Assembly: GCA_036677065.1 (NCBI GenBank)
Contig: JAKFBS010000001.1
Location: 96,001 to 160,000, forward strand
Length of the DNA stretch: 64,000 bases
Direction: 5' to 3'
Source: Bdellovibrio sp.
GTDB lineage: Bacteria > Bdellovibrionota > Bdellovibrionia > Bdellovibrionales > Bdellovibrionaceae
Part shown: piece by piece, positions 22,028 through 34,819 of the stretch
Numbering within the stretch: the stretch's first letter is position 1
How the letters are laid out: every line of letters starts with the position of its first letter
Notes under the pieces: generated by a model
What the model saw: only the letters and a program-made list of their open reading frames with translations
The model's database searches: none
Told to the model about the DNA's origin: nothing
Translations under genes and position numbers: made by a program

Positions 22028-23896
22028 CTATAAAAATTTATTCCCTTTAAGATAAATCATTATAGCCTGAATTGCTGACGGATTTACACCTGAAATTCTT
22101 TGTGCCTGACCTAAAGTGCGTGGCTTAACTTTATTTAATTTATCTACTTCTTCATTCGATAAACCTTTAATTTTCGAGAAAACTAATTCTTGTGGAATTT
22201 CGAGAGTCTCTAATTTTTTAGATTGCTCGATGATTTCGTACTGTTTTTTCACGTAGCCAGAATACTTAACTTCGATCTCTACCGCCTCGGTGACCACTTC
22301 ATTTTTATTAACTGGAAAATCTAACTTCTCGAGGTGTGAGAAATTGATCTCTGTGCGGCGAAGAAACTCTTCCATGGTGACGGGCTTTAATAACGGCTTA
22401 CTACCCATTTCAATAATAGTGTCGTTGATAGCTTTTTTTGGATAAAGAATCGTTGATTGAAGCTGGCCTAGTAAAACACTACGGTCGTCTTTGATAGACA
22501 TCAGCTGATTCAGTTCTTTTTCTGAGACTAAACCGATCTTTTTCGAGATATCAGCTAAACGATCAATCGTATTATCTTCACGCAGTACTAACCGATGCTC
22601 AGCGCGCGAAGTAAACATGCGGTACGGTTCGCGAGTACCTTTCGTTACAAGGTCATCAATCAATACACCGGCATAAGCTTCAGATCTTGATAAGATAAAC
22701 TCTTCTTTTTCTAATAAACTGTGTGATGCGTTCACGCCAGCAATAAAACCTTGTGCCGCAGCTTCTTCATACCCGCTTGTCCCGTTGATTTGACCCGCTA
22801 AAAATAAATTTTTAATAGGACGAGTTTCTAGGCGGTGGTGAATTTGCGTGGGCTCGATAAAATCATATTCAACAGCATACCCGTAACGAACAACTTTTAC
22901 GTTTTCTAAGCCAGGAATTGTCTTTAGAAACTGATCTTGTACATCTGCAGGTAACGATGTCGAAATCCCCTGAAGATAAATTAAGTCGCTGGTTAAGCTT
23001 TCTGGCTCTAAGAAAGTTTGATGTGTTCCTTTTTCATGAAAGCGCGTCACTTTGTCTTCGATACTTGGACAGTAACGTGGGCCTACGCCTTCGATAATTC
23101 CACAATACATTGGAGATTTATCTAAGTTGTTGCGAATGATTTCATGGGTTTGCTCTGTGGTGTGTGAAAGATAACAAAGCACTTGGGGTAAGTAAAATTC
23201 GCGTTTTGATTTAAAACTGAAAGGATAAAACTTCGGATCGCCTTCTTGCGGGATTGTTTTACTCCAGTCGATACTGTCTTTATGAAGGCGCGCAGGAGTT
23301 CCTGTTTTTAAACGCTGAACTGTAAAGCCAAATTCACGCATTTGATCAGAAAGCCCGACAGAGGCCGCATCACCGACACGTCCACCTGGAGTTTGTTCTA
23401 AGCCAATATGCATAACCCCGTTTAAAAAAGTTCCTGCGGTAATGATCACGCGCTCAGAAAAAATTTGCGAGCCGTCTTGTAAAACTACGCCGCGGCATTC
23501 ATTACCATCTAAGATAAGATGTTTTACCTCGCCTTGAACAACTTCTAAATTTTGTTGGCTGTACAGGGCTGTCGTTTGAATTTGAGAATAGATTTTTTTA
23601 TCATTTTGCGTGCGCGTACCGCGAACTGCAGGGCCCTTAGAGGCATTCAATCTTTTAAACTGAATACAAGATTCATCGGCTGCGACACCCATTTGTCCAC
23701 CAAGCACATCGATCTCGCGAACCATATGGCCTTTGGCTAATCCGCCGATAGAGGGATTACAAGACATGTAGCCAATGCGATCGATATTACTGGTCACCAT
23801 CAGGGTTTTTAATCCTAATTTAGCTGGCACTAGACAGGCTTCAATTCCTGCGTGACCGGCTCCAACAACAATGACTTGATACGAATTAGATTTCAT
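22028..23896 (-). CDS. mnmG: tRNA uridine-5-carboxymethylaminomethyl modification enzyme
   Basis: GAGHAG, SCNPSIGG, GPRYCPSIEDK, GQINGTSGYEEAAAQG. Confidence 0.99.
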   Translation of the reverse strand: MKSNSYQVIVVGAGHAGIEACLVPAKLGLKTLMVTSNIDRIGYMSCNPSIGGLAKGHMVREIDVLGGQMGVAADESCIQFKRLNASKGPAVRGTRTQNDKKIYSQIQTTALYSQQNLEVVQGEVKHLILDGNECRGVVLQDGSQIFSERVIITAGTFLNGVMHIGLEQTPGGRVGDAASVGLSDQMREFGFTVQRLKTGTPARLHKDSIDWSKTIPQEGDPKFYPFSFKSKREFYLPQVLCYLSHTTEQTHEIIRNNLDKSPMYCGIIEGVGPRYCPSIEDKVTRFHEKGTHQTFLEPESLTSDLIYLQGISTSLPADVQDQFLKTIPGLENVKVVRYGYAVEYDFIEPTQIHHRLETRPIKNLFLAGQINGTSGYEEAAAQGFIAGVNASHSLLEKEEFILSRSEAYAGVLIDDLVTKGTREPYRMFTSRAEHRLVLREDNTIDRLADISKKIGLVSEKELNQLMSIKDDRSVLLGQLQSTILYPKKAINDTIIEMGSKPLLKPVTMEEFLRRTEINFSHLEKLDFPVNKNEVVTEAVEIEVKYSGYVKKQYEIIEQSKKLETLEIPQELVFSKIKGLSNEEVDKLNKVKPRTLGQAQRISGVNPSAIQAIMIYLKGNKFL

Positions 23897-23919
23897 TTGC
23901 CCTTTGTATGTTAGGGCGA

Positions 23920-25317
23920 TTATTTCCCTAAGCAGAATTCTTTAAAGACGCGATCCATGATTTGATCGTCGAAATATCTTCCAAGAATTTTTTGTAACGC
24001 TAATAATGAATTTTTCAAAGTTTGTGCGACAAATTCGCTTCCGAGTTCATTTTCTAATTCAGTGATAGATTGGTCAATTAAGTCCATCGCTGCATTTGAA
24101 AGTTCGAACTGTCGGGCTGATGAAATAACCGATTCATCGCTAAACTTTTCAGACCCCATAATAGTGCTTACACGATGTAATATCGTATCACGTGCCCGCA
24201 CATCAAGGGCTGAAACCGGAAGCACGTCGATAACCCTGGGGCCACCCTCTAAATCCTGTAATTTTTGCTTAATTTTTTCGGGCGCCTCAGAACCGGCTTT
24301 ATCAGCTTTATTCGCAAGGACCAGGGCGTTTCCCTTAACCATGCGAAAACGCTCAAGATCGCCCTGCTGGAGGCCTAAAGAGCTATCAAACACAAATAGC
24401 GTAAGATCTCCGCTTTCGATCTCTTTTAAAGATCTTTGCACCCCGATATTTTCTACAACATCGGTAGTATCGCGTAAACCTGCGGTATCTGAGATATTAA
24501 ATTTAATCCCATTGAAAAAAGTATGGCCAACAACCACATCGCGAGTTGTTCCTGCGATATCGGTTACAATCGCCTTTTCGTCTAAAACTAAATTATTTAA
24601 CAAACTTGATTTACCCACGTTTGGCAAACCTGCCAAAACTAACTTAATACCATCTTTTAAAATTTTACCCTGGCTGTATGACCCAGTTAAAATTTCTAGT
24701 TCGGCTTTTAATTCTTTTAATTTTTGAATCAGCACTAATGGATCAACGACATCAATGCCTTCAGTAGAAAAATCAATTGAAGCTTCAATGTGAGCCAAGC
24801 ACCAAGTCAGTTTATCTTCTAGGTGCTGAAATTTTTCTGAAACTTTACCTTCAAGCTGACGCAGCGACATTTTAAGCGCGCTATCTGACTGGCTTTCAAT
24901 GACTGACAACACAGCTTCAGCTTGTACTAGATCTAGTCGGTCATTCATGAACGCACGATAAGTGTATTCACCTTTTTCTGCAGTGACCGCGCCGTATTCA
25001 ACTAAAGCTTCTAATATTTTTTTAGTAACATGTGGAGAACCGTGTGAAGAAATCTCGATGGTCTCTTCACCTGTATAGGATTTGCCCTGAGCAAAAGCTG
25101 TTACAACAACCTGATCAATGATTTCATTTTTATTATTGGCAAATTTTGCGAGATAAACTTTATGCGATTCGATTTTTTTACGGCCCAGGCTTTTACAGGC
25201 TTTTTGAATGATTTTATAAGAATCTGGGCCACTGAGTCTGATGACCGAGATGGCCGCAGTTCCGGCTGCTGATGCTAACGCACAAATCGTTTTTGCTTCG
25301 CGATTAGCATCGAACAT
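23920..25317 (-). CDS. mnmE: tRNA modification GTPase
   Basis: GLPNVGKSS, GTTRD, DTAGLR, C-terminal FCLGK; ATG 25317 avoids overlap with khpB. Confidence 0.98.
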   Translation of the reverse strand: MFDANREAKTICALASAAGTAAISVIRLSGPDSYKIIQKACKSLGRKKIESHKVYLAKFANNKNEIIDQVVVTAFAQGKSYTGEETIEISSHGSPHVTKKILEALVEYGAVTAEKGEYTYRAFMNDRLDLVQAEAVLSVIESQSDSALKMSLRQLEGKVSEKFQHLEDKLTWCLAHIEASIDFSTEGIDVVDPLVLIQKLKELKAELEILTGSYSQGKILKDGIKLVLAGLPNVGKSSLLNNLVLDEKAIVTDIAGTTRDVVVGHTFFNGIKFNISDTAGLRDTTDVVENIGVQRSLKEIESGDLTLFVFDSSLGLQQGDLERFRMVKGNALVLANKADKAGSEAPEKIKQKLQDLEGGPRVIDVLPVSALDVRARDTILHRVSTIMGSEKFSDESVISSARQFELSNAAMDLIDQSITELENELGSEFVAQTLKNSLLALQKILGRYFDDQIMDRVFKEFCLGK

Positions 25318-25324
25318 TTTTTGA

Positions 25325-25876
25325 TTACCCTTCGTCAGACATTGAAGCATCTGGCGCTTCAGTGCCATTAGCTTTAACTGGAAAAATTTTAATTTTTTTG
25401 TATAAGCCATCGCCTAGAGAGCGACTTTTTACACGCGCATCTAAGGCTAAGTATTGGTGAACGACTTTACGCTCTTTCGGAGGTAAAGCGCGGTAATAAA
25501 CTGATTTACCTTGTTCAATAGCGATAGTTTTTAAGTGCTCTGCACGCTCGATAAGAGCCGCTTCTGATTCTTGACGGTATCCGCCGCAATCAACTAATAC
25601 ATTTGTTTGCACATCTGGAAAGTTGTGTTGAGTAACGCGTTTAATGATTAATTGAAATGCGTCTAATAGCTGACCCTTGTGATCTTTTAATAGTTCTTCG
25701 TCTGCACCAGAAAAATCAATTTTAATTTCAGTGATTTCTTCTTTTTTGGTGATTGCTAGATTGTACTCTAAATCAAAACCACCTTTTTCTAAAATTCCCG
25801 ACAATGTTGCTTCAACAACTGCGTCGATATCTGATTTTTTTCCACCACCAAATAATTTTGCGAAAAATCCTGCCAT
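25325..25876 (-). CDS. khpB: KhpB/Jag-like KH-R3H RNA-binding protein (short form)
   Basis: R3H motif ERKVVH, SRSLGDG; between yidC and mnmE. Confidence 0.85.
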   Translation of the reverse strand: MAGFFAKLFGGGKKSDIDAVVEATLSGILEKGGFDLEYNLAITKKEEITEIKIDFSGADEELLKDHKGQLLDAFQLIIKRVTQHNFPDVQTNVLVDCGGYRQESEAALIERAEHLKTIAIEQGKSVYYRALPPKERKVVHQYLALDARVKSRSLGDGLYKKIKIFPVKANGTEAPDASMSDEG

Positions 25877-25900
25877 ATGTGTCCCCTATCCTTAATAACT

Positions 25901-27487
25901 TTACGCCACAACCGGGCTGTTAGTTTTTGTTTCTTTTAATAAAAAATACTGTTGAATCACACCGAAAAGCGCACTCACAAAATTGTACAGAGTTAAGCCG
26001 CTCGGAAGAGTTAACATAAATAACGTAAATAAAATCGGCATGAAATTTAAAATTTTAGCCTGTGTTGGATCCATTGTTGTCGGAGTCATTTTTTGTTGTA
26101 AGAACATTGTAATACCCATCAACACTGGAAATACAAAGAATGGATCATGATAACTTAAATCTGTGATCCAACCAAAGAATGGTTGTTGATAAATCTCAAT
26201 GCTCGAGCCAATTGCACGCCATAAAGCGAAGAAAATCGGGATCTGAATTAACATTGGTAAACAACCAGATAAAGGATTGGCGTTATTTTCTTTCATAACA
26301 GCCATAGTCTCTTTATTCATACGCATTGGATCGTCTTTAAATTTCGCACGAATCGCATCAAGTTTTGGTTTCACTTTTTGCATTGATTGCGCAGATCTAA
26401 AAGACATTACGTTAAATGGTAAAAGAATCGAACGTACTACTAAAGTTAAGGCAATAATCGCCAAACCCCAGTTGCCAAGAATACTGTGCATGAATACTAA
26501 TAATTTCATTAACAACGCCGAGATAAAGCCGAACATGCCGTAATTTAAAGTCTCAGTTAATTGTGTATCAATTTTAGCTAATACTTCTGTTTGTTTTGGA
26601 CCAAGATAAATCGCTTGGCTGATTTTGTTGATCTTAGCATCTTTAAGATTATAGCTGATATTTACAGAGGCTAAATTGTTTTCAACTTTATTTGTAATAC
26701 TTGGTACAATGTCGGCGCGATTTACAGAAGCCGCTGTAAAATACTGCGTGCCAATCGACGCCATTGTCGCTGCAGGAGCCGCTTTTAAGAAGCTTTCGTT
26801 TTCTTTTAATCCAGCAATACTTTCGTTGTTCGCAGAACCGGCTTCCATCCAGATAAAATCTTGCTGTTCAAAGCTAGGAGTTAAAAAGTTGGTGCTTTCT
26901 GGTTTGTGATGTTTTTGAAATAATTTAAGAGCTAAAGAATCAAAACCTAAATCAAATTCAGCTTCAGAATTAAAAGATGAAGTCTCTTTATTATATGTTA
27001 ATTTGCGGGTGATTTTTTTACCGTCTACCACTGCAGATCCTATAAACTCGGATTCCCCAGCTTTTTCCACAGTGAAGTTAACAACATTATTATTAGCTAA
27101 TAATTCTGCTTGGCCCTCAACGCTTGCAAAGTTGATTTGTTGGCCTTTTCTATCTGTGTATTTTTTAAGAGTGAAATTTTTAATTCCTAAACCGCGAGAT
27201 GAAACTTCAAATTTAACTGTGTCATCCTCGTAAGGAAAAGTTTTTTCTTCTTCAACAGCTGTCGTCGCGGCAACTGTTGCGGATGTACTAGGTGTAGTGG
27301 TTGCCACTGCGCCCGTTGCTGCCGTCGTCGTTGCACTAGCTGTAGTGGCAACTTGTTCAGTAACTGGTTTTTGTGGGTATTTTTTACTTAAATAAAACTG
27401 CCAGCCCCATAACCCGAAAAATGTGAACGCTATGGCCATCAAAAATTTTGGATTTCCAAATGGTGATTCGCTTTGATTTTTGCTCAT
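25901..27487 (-). CDS. yidC: Membrane protein insertase YidC
   Basis: GNWGLAII, NPLSGCLPMLIQIPIFFAL, WITDLS, PSGLTLY; ATG 27487. Confidence 0.98.
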   Translation of the reverse strand: MSKNQSESPFGNPKFLMAIAFTFFGLWGWQFYLSKKYPQKPVTEQVATTASATTTAATGAVATTTPSTSATVAATTAVEEEKTFPYEDDTVKFEVSSRGLGIKNFTLKKYTDRKGQQINFASVEGQAELLANNNVVNFTVEKAGESEFIGSAVVDGKKITRKLTYNKETSSFNSEAEFDLGFDSLALKLFQKHHKPESTNFLTPSFEQQDFIWMEAGSANNESIAGLKENESFLKAAPAATMASIGTQYFTAASVNRADIVPSITNKVENNLASVNISYNLKDAKINKISQAIYLGPKQTEVLAKIDTQLTETLNYGMFGFISALLMKLLVFMHSILGNWGLAIIALTLVVRSILLPFNVMSFRSAQSMQKVKPKLDAIRAKFKDDPMRMNKETMAVMKENNANPLSGCLPMLIQIPIFFALWRAIGSSIEIYQQPFFGWITDLSYHDPFFVFPVLMGITMFLQQKMTPTTMDPTQAKILNFMPILFTLFMLTLPSGLTLYNFVSALFGVIQQYFLLKETKTNSPVVA

Positions 27488-27500
27488 CTGTATATTTCCC

Positions 27501-27743
27501 CTATGCCTTTGGTACCGGATCAAACCCCTTGTGGGAGCAGAATGGATGGCATTTAAGTAGTCTGACTGTTGTTAAACGAAAGGCTTTTAAGAAAGTGTGC
27601 GTCTGAAAGCTTTCAACTGCATAATGCGAGCAGCTTGGATAAAACCGGCAATTTCCACCTAAAAAGTATGAAAATGAAGCCTGATAAAATTTCACTAAAT
27701 ATATAGATGCACTACTAAGCCATGACGGCCGAGACGAAATCAC
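27501..27743 (-). CDS. yidD: Membrane protein insertion efficiency factor YidD (start uncertain, GTG 27743 chosen)
   Basis: CRFYPSCSHYA, RLLKCHPF, GFDPVP. Confidence 0.92.
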   Translation of the reverse strand: MISSRPSWLSSASIYLVKFYQASFSYFLGGNCRFYPSCSHYAVESFQTHTFLKAFRLTTVRLLKCHPFCSHKGFDPVPKA

Positions 27744-28050
27744 TGTACTTGAGATTTTTGTAAAAACCTTCGGGTTGTGTTCTGAACATGAACACAACTT
27801 TTTTAGATTTGAATTTAGAACTCCAGCCTGCAGATCGTACACAGTTACGCACCCATCTCTTTAGCTTATTTCGTACTACGGCGGAGCCTACTTTTTTTGA
27901 AACTGTTATGCCGAAATACGCAAAATCATCCTTTGAATCCAATGTAATTACGGTCAGATAAGAGGAAGCTCTTATCTTACGACCAGTTTTTGTAATTTGA
28001 GTGAATTCAGAGGAAAGCTTTATTGGAAAGACTTTAGAATTACTTTCCAC
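27715..28050 (-). CDS. rnpA: Ribonuclease P protein component
   Basis: [23 protein letters not shown] (RNR motif). Confidence 0.95.
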   Translation of the reverse strand: MESNSKVFPIKLSSEFTQITKTGRKIRASSYLTVITLDSKDDFAYFGITVSKKVGSAVVRNKLKRWVRNCVRSAGWSSKFKSKKVVFMFRTQPEGFYKNLKYSDFVSAVMA

Positions 28051-28192
28051 CAGGTTTAACAGTTAATTTTTTACGGCCTTTAGCTCTGCGACGAGCGATA
28101 GTTTTTTTACCTGCAGAAGTTTTCATTCTAGCACGGAAACCGTGTTTTTTAGCGCGACGTTTTTTGCTAGGTTGGTATGTACGTTTGCTCAT
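28040..28192 (-). CDS. rpmH: 50S ribosomal protein L34
   Basis: Below track cutoff; [50 protein letters not shown]. Confidence 0.98.
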   Translation of the reverse strand: MSKRTYQPSKKRRAKKHGFRARMKTSAGKKTIARRRAKGRKKLTVKPGGK

Positions 28193-28360
28193 ATGTATCC
28201 TCTATATCTTTGTCTTTCGACTTTTACTCTTACGACGATTAACCGTCTGTTGTAAGTTTTAACTTGCAAATATTTTAAGCTCTCCCAAAAAAGAGAATCC
28301 TAGTTAAAGCACATCGCGGCATCATGGTCAACTGTTGAAAACTGGCTCTGGCTTTGGTAG

Positions 28361-28369
28361 TTATCCACA
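28361..28369 (+). promoter_or_regulatory. Consensus DnaA box upstream of dnaA
   Basis: TTATCCACA just 5' of dnaA. Confidence 0.8.
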
Positions 28370-28378
28370 TTCCGTTAA

Positions 28379-29815
28379 TTGCTAGGGGGGCCAGTGCAGT
28401 TAAATTCAGCAAATTTGGATTCATCATTTTGGAATCAAGTAAAGTCGACTATGAAGCAGAAGAGCGGTTCAAACCGTATCTTAGAGTCATATCTTGAGCC
28501 AGTGGAGTTTATTAGCACCGAAAAAAAGGATGATAAGTTCCATTTCACCCTATCTGTGCCTAACCAGTTCATCTATTTTTATGTGAATGAGAACCTTAAA
28601 GAAAAGATCATAGCTGAAATTAAGAATCTTATTCCTGAAGAATTTGAGATTAATCTTATAGTTTCGGCAAAAAATACAATTGATTACAATTCATCCCTTC
28701 AAGATGTGCTGCAAAATTCGGATGAATTATTACAAGTTCAAAACAAATTAAACCAAGCTAAGCAACTACCCGTAGTGGCCAATATGGATTTAATGGGTGA
28801 AGAGTTTACCTTTTCGACATTTGTTGTCGGTAAAAATTCAGAATTTGCCCATGCGGCTACATATAATGTGTCGCAAAGCCCTGGTGAAGGTGATTACAAT
28901 CCCCTCTTTATATATGGACCATCGGGAATGGGTAAAACGCATTTATTAAAAGCGGCTATCCACCAGATTCACCAAAATTATCCACATTACCGCGTACTAT
29001 ATACTAGTGCTGAAAAATTTCTAAATGAGTGTGTTCAATCCATTCGTCGTCAAGAGATGGATAAATTTCGCATGAAATATCGCGAAAATTGCGATGTCTT
29101 AGTTGTCGATGACGTACAATACATTGAGCGTGGTGAACGTGTTCAAGAAGAATTCTTCCATACTGTGAATGCATTCATTGAGCGTCGTAGGCAAGTGATC
29201 TTAGCCAGCGACCGTATGCCAAAAGATATTTTAAATTTAGAAGATAGATCTCGTACACGTTTAGAACGTGGATTAATCGCAGATATCACAATGCCTGATT
29301 TTGAAACACGGATAGCCATATTACGTTACAAAGTTGAAAAGAAAAATTTGCGTATCCCTGAAGATGCTATTCAATATTTAGCAAGAATTTCAAAACGCTC
29401 GATTCGTGAACTTGAAGGCAATTTAAATAAAATTAAAATGTTCTCTGAACTTCAAGGCGTAACTGTTAATTTAGAATTAGCGCGCAAAATTTTATCACAT
29501 CATGAAAACACGGCGACTATTAGTGTTGATGAAATTTTACGAATTACGGCCGAATACTTCAAAATTCGCATTACTGATTTAAAATCAAGCAGTCGAGCGA
29601 AGCCAGTTGTAGTGCCCAGACAAATCGCAATGTGGTTGATCAAAAAGTTTTTAGATAAGTCTTTAGTTGAAATTGGTAAAACTTTTGGCGGTCGTGACCA
29701 CACAACGGTCATTAATTCACTTGAAAAGGTCGAATCTACACAGGCCAAAGATCTGCAATACAAAAGTGATATCGACGAGTTAGTGAACCAAATCCACAAT
29801 ATCACCGGTTTATAA
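28379..29815 (+). CDS. dnaA: Chromosomal replication initiator DnaA (start may be GTG 28394)
   Basis: YNPLFIYGPSGMGKTH, DDVQ, QEEFFH, RELEG, FGGRDHTTV. Confidence 0.99.
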   Translation: MLGGPVQLNSANLDSSFWNQVKSTMKQKSGSNRILESYLEPVEFISTEKKDDKFHFTLSVPNQFIYFYVNENLKEKIIAEIKNLIPEEFEINLIVSAKNTIDYNSSLQDVLQNSDELLQVQNKLNQAKQLPVVANMDLMGEEFTFSTFVVGKNSEFAHAATYNVSQSPGEGDYNPLFIYGPSGMGKTHLLKAAIHQIHQNYPHYRVLYTSAEKFLNECVQSIRRQEMDKFRMKYRENCDVLVVDDVQYIERGERVQEEFFHTVNAFIERRRQVILASDRMPKDILNLEDRSRTRLERGLIADITMPDFETRIAILRYKVEKKNLRIPEDAIQYLARISKRSIRELEGNLNKIKMFSELQGVTVNLELARKILSHHENTATISVDEILRITAEYFKIRITDLKSSSRAKPVVVPRQIAMWLIKKFLDKSLVEIGKTFGGRDHTTVINSLEKVESTQAKDLQYKSDIDELVNQIHNITGL

Positions 29816-30020
29816 CATGTGGATTGTGGATAATTATGTGGATTAGCTTTGTATAGTTTAGTGGACAAAGTTACCCCCAAATTCAGGCGAATAAAAAGGT
29901 AAGCTAGGCGTTGAGTTTTCCACAGGAAAAGGTTAGAAGTTTCAATAATTTAATAGAGTTTTACGGATAACTACAGCCCCTACTACTACGACTATATATT
30001 TATATATATAATAATAGGGA
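29816..30020. other. oriC: Chromosomal origin of replication
   Basis: DnaA boxes at 29825 (TGTGGATAA), 29837, 29860, 29916, 29962; GCCCC then CTACTACTACGACTA trios (29980-29994) then AT-rich tract; dnaA-dnaN intergenic. Confidence 0.93.
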
Positions 30021-30067
30021 AAATGGGATCCAAAAAATACAGGTTATAAAAACCAAAAAGGCTTTAC

Positions 30068-31174
30068 ATGAAAATCGAAATTCAGAAGAAAGATTTATTA
30101 GGATTAATTGGCCGTACGCAAAACATCGTTGAAAAAAGAAATACAATGCCTGTTTTAGTGAACGTTCTTTTAGAAAGCTCTAATAATCAATTAAAGGCCT
30201 ATGCAACGGATTTAGAAGTAAGCCTTACTGACAGCAGCCCAGCCGTGATTAAAGAAGATGGCAAGGTCGCAGTGAGCGCTAAGAGCCTATTTGATTTAAC
30301 TAAAGAACTTTTAGAAGGACCGATCCAATTAACTAAAAAAGATAATAACTACTTAGAAATCAAGCAGGGTAAGTTTTTATCTAAAATTGTTGGTGTTGCT
30401 GCTGAAGAGTATCCAGTGTTCCCAACATACAAATCTGAAAACTTCTCAAAAATTGATGCATCAGAATTTAAGCAAATGATTGATAAAACTATTTATTCTG
30501 TTTCAAACGATGAAACTCGTTACCACTTGAACGGCGTTTTTTTTGAAGCCTCTGATATGAACAATGTGACAATGGTTGCAACCGATGGTCACCGTCTAAG
30601 TTTAATTAAAAAAACTTTTGCTGGTTTAACTTTCACCGACAAAGTTGGTGTGATTATCCCTAAAAAAGGTTTATTCGAAATTAAAAAATTAATTGAGAAC
30701 ACAGTTGAAGATGTATTTGTTGCTGTAGAAGGTTCTCAATTTATTGTTAAATGTGGCACTTGCGTATTGATGATTCGTTTGATCGAAGGCAAGTACCCGA
30801 ATTATCAACAGTTTATTCCACAGAAGTTAACTCATAAAATTAAAATTCCTCGTGAAATGATTTTATCTTCATTGAAAAAAGTTTCTTTATTGGCGAATCA
30901 AAAATCAAAAGCGATTTTATTTTCATTCACTTCAAATAAATTAGAAATCACTTCAAGCAATCCAGAACTTGGTGATGCTAAAGATGAATTAGATGTTGAT
31001 TACACTGGGCCTGATTTAAAAATCGGTTTTAATGCTAGATACATTGAAGATGTTTTAAAAAACATTGAACAAGAAAGTATCGAGATCGAATTAAATGATC
31101 AGACTTCACCAGGTGTTTTAAAAGCGCATGGTAAAAATGACTACATTAACGTAGTTATGCCTATGAGAATTTGA
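30068..31174 (+). CDS. dnaN: DNA polymerase III beta clamp
   Basis: ATDLEV, ETRYHLNGV, ATDGHRL, RLIEGKYP, VVMPMRI. Confidence 0.99.
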   Translation: MKIEIQKKDLLGLIGRTQNIVEKRNTMPVLVNVLLESSNNQLKAYATDLEVSLTDSSPAVIKEDGKVAVSAKSLFDLTKELLEGPIQLTKKDNNYLEIKQGKFLSKIVGVAAEEYPVFPTYKSENFSKIDASEFKQMIDKTIYSVSNDETRYHLNGVFFEASDMNNVTMVATDGHRLSLIKKTFAGLTFTDKVGVIIPKKGLFEIKKLIENTVEDVFVAVEGSQFIVKCGTCVLMIRLIEGKYPNYQQFIPQKLTHKIKIPREMILSSLKKVSLLANQKSKAILFSFTSNKLEITSSNPELGDAKDELDVDYTGPDLKIGFNARYIEDVLKNIEQESIEIELNDQTSPGVLKAHGKNDYINVVMPMRI

Positions 31175-32307
31175 TGCAATTAAATACGCTCGGACTGAAA
31201 AACTTTAGAAATATATCTGAAGCTTTTCTACGACTGTCTCCACGCTTAAATATTTTTATTGGCGATAATGGTCAGGGAAAAACTAATTTTATCGAAAGTA
31301 TTCATCTTCTGATTGAAGGTGAATCTTTTAGATACTCTGACTACTCAACACTTATTCAATTCGGACACGAGAGCGCTTTTGTAAAAGCCACCTTAGTTAA
31401 TAACGAACTTGAATACCAAATACTGTTGAAAATTCTGGGGAATAAGAAAGAAACCCTGGTGAATGATAAAAAAACCACCAAGATTGAGCAGTATTTGCCT
31501 CCAGTTGTGTTATTTTCACCTGAAAGCCTATCAGTGATCAAAGAAAGTGCTGATGAGCGCAGAAAGCTTTTAGATAGCTTAATCGAAACCAGCATAAAAA
31601 ATGGTAAACAGTTATTACTAGATTTTAAAAAAGCCTTAAGAACACGCAATAAAATTTTAAAAGATATCTCTGAAGAAAAAATATCCCGCGATATGGGATT
31701 ACAAACACTAGATAGCATTAATCAGATCTATTTTGGTTTAGCAGGTAAGCTTACTTACCTGCGAATTAAATGTCTGACTGACATCAAACCCTTTGTGCAA
31801 GAGGCTTTGGTGAAAATCGAAGCAAAAAATCCAAATGTGACGTTTGATTTTTCTTACGTCATTTCTGATCAAAAAATTGTGGAAAATTCTGAGGAAATGT
31901 TGATAAACCTTATGAAAAAAAGAGCTCAAGAATTGCTTCCAGCTGAGCTTTCCGCAGGCATAAGTTTAGTTGGTCCGCAGAAGCATGATGTCATATTTCT
32001 ATATAGCGGAAATGACTCACGATTCTACTCTTCACAAGGGCAACAAAGATCTATCATATTAGCTTTCAAAATGGCTCAAATCGTGTATCATTACAGGGTT
32101 AACGGATTCTATCCTGTTTTGTTATTGGATGATGTGTTGTCAGAGCTCGATCAAACTAAGCAAAGTTCGCTTGTTTTGGCGTTGAATGAAATTCAAACGC
32201 AGACCTTTCTCACCTCGACTGATATCGAAGTTTTAAAAAAACTGAACATCGATAGTAGTACCGTTTTCAAAGTACAAAATGGATTTGTACAAAGCGAAAA
32301 TAAGTAA
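31174..32307 (+). CDS. recF: DNA replication/repair protein RecF
   Basis: GDNGQGKTN, SQGQQRS, LLLDDVLSELD; TGATG overlap with dnaN. Confidence 0.97.
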   Translation: MQLNTLGLKNFRNISEAFLRLSPRLNIFIGDNGQGKTNFIESIHLLIEGESFRYSDYSTLIQFGHESAFVKATLVNNELEYQILLKILGNKKETLVNDKKTTKIEQYLPPVVLFSPESLSVIKESADERRKLLDSLIETSIKNGKQLLLDFKKALRTRNKILKDISEEKISRDMGLQTLDSINQIYFGLAGKLTYLRIKCLTDIKPFVQEALVKIEAKNPNVTFDFSYVISDQKIVENSEEMLINLMKKRAQELLPAELSAGISLVGPQKHDVIFLYSGNDSRFYSSQGQQRSIILAFKMAQIVYHYRVNGFYPVLLLDDVLSELDQTKQSSLVLALNEIQTQTFLTSTDIEVLKKLNIDSSTVFKVQNGFVQSENK

Positions 32308-32349
32308 TTTTTAAAAATTTAAGTCGTGCTGTAAGCGCGCTAAGTTTGA

Positions 32350-34806
<2,457 letters not shown>

Positions 34807-34819
34807 GGGTTAGGAAAAT

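Noticed and set aside
27255..27360. Thr/Ala-rich low-complexity stretch in yidC
   Set aside because: Ordinary linker after TM1; no nucleotide-level tandem unit.
29980..30016. CTA and TA microsatellite
   Set aside because: Explained as DnaA-trios and the AT-rich unwinding region of oriC.
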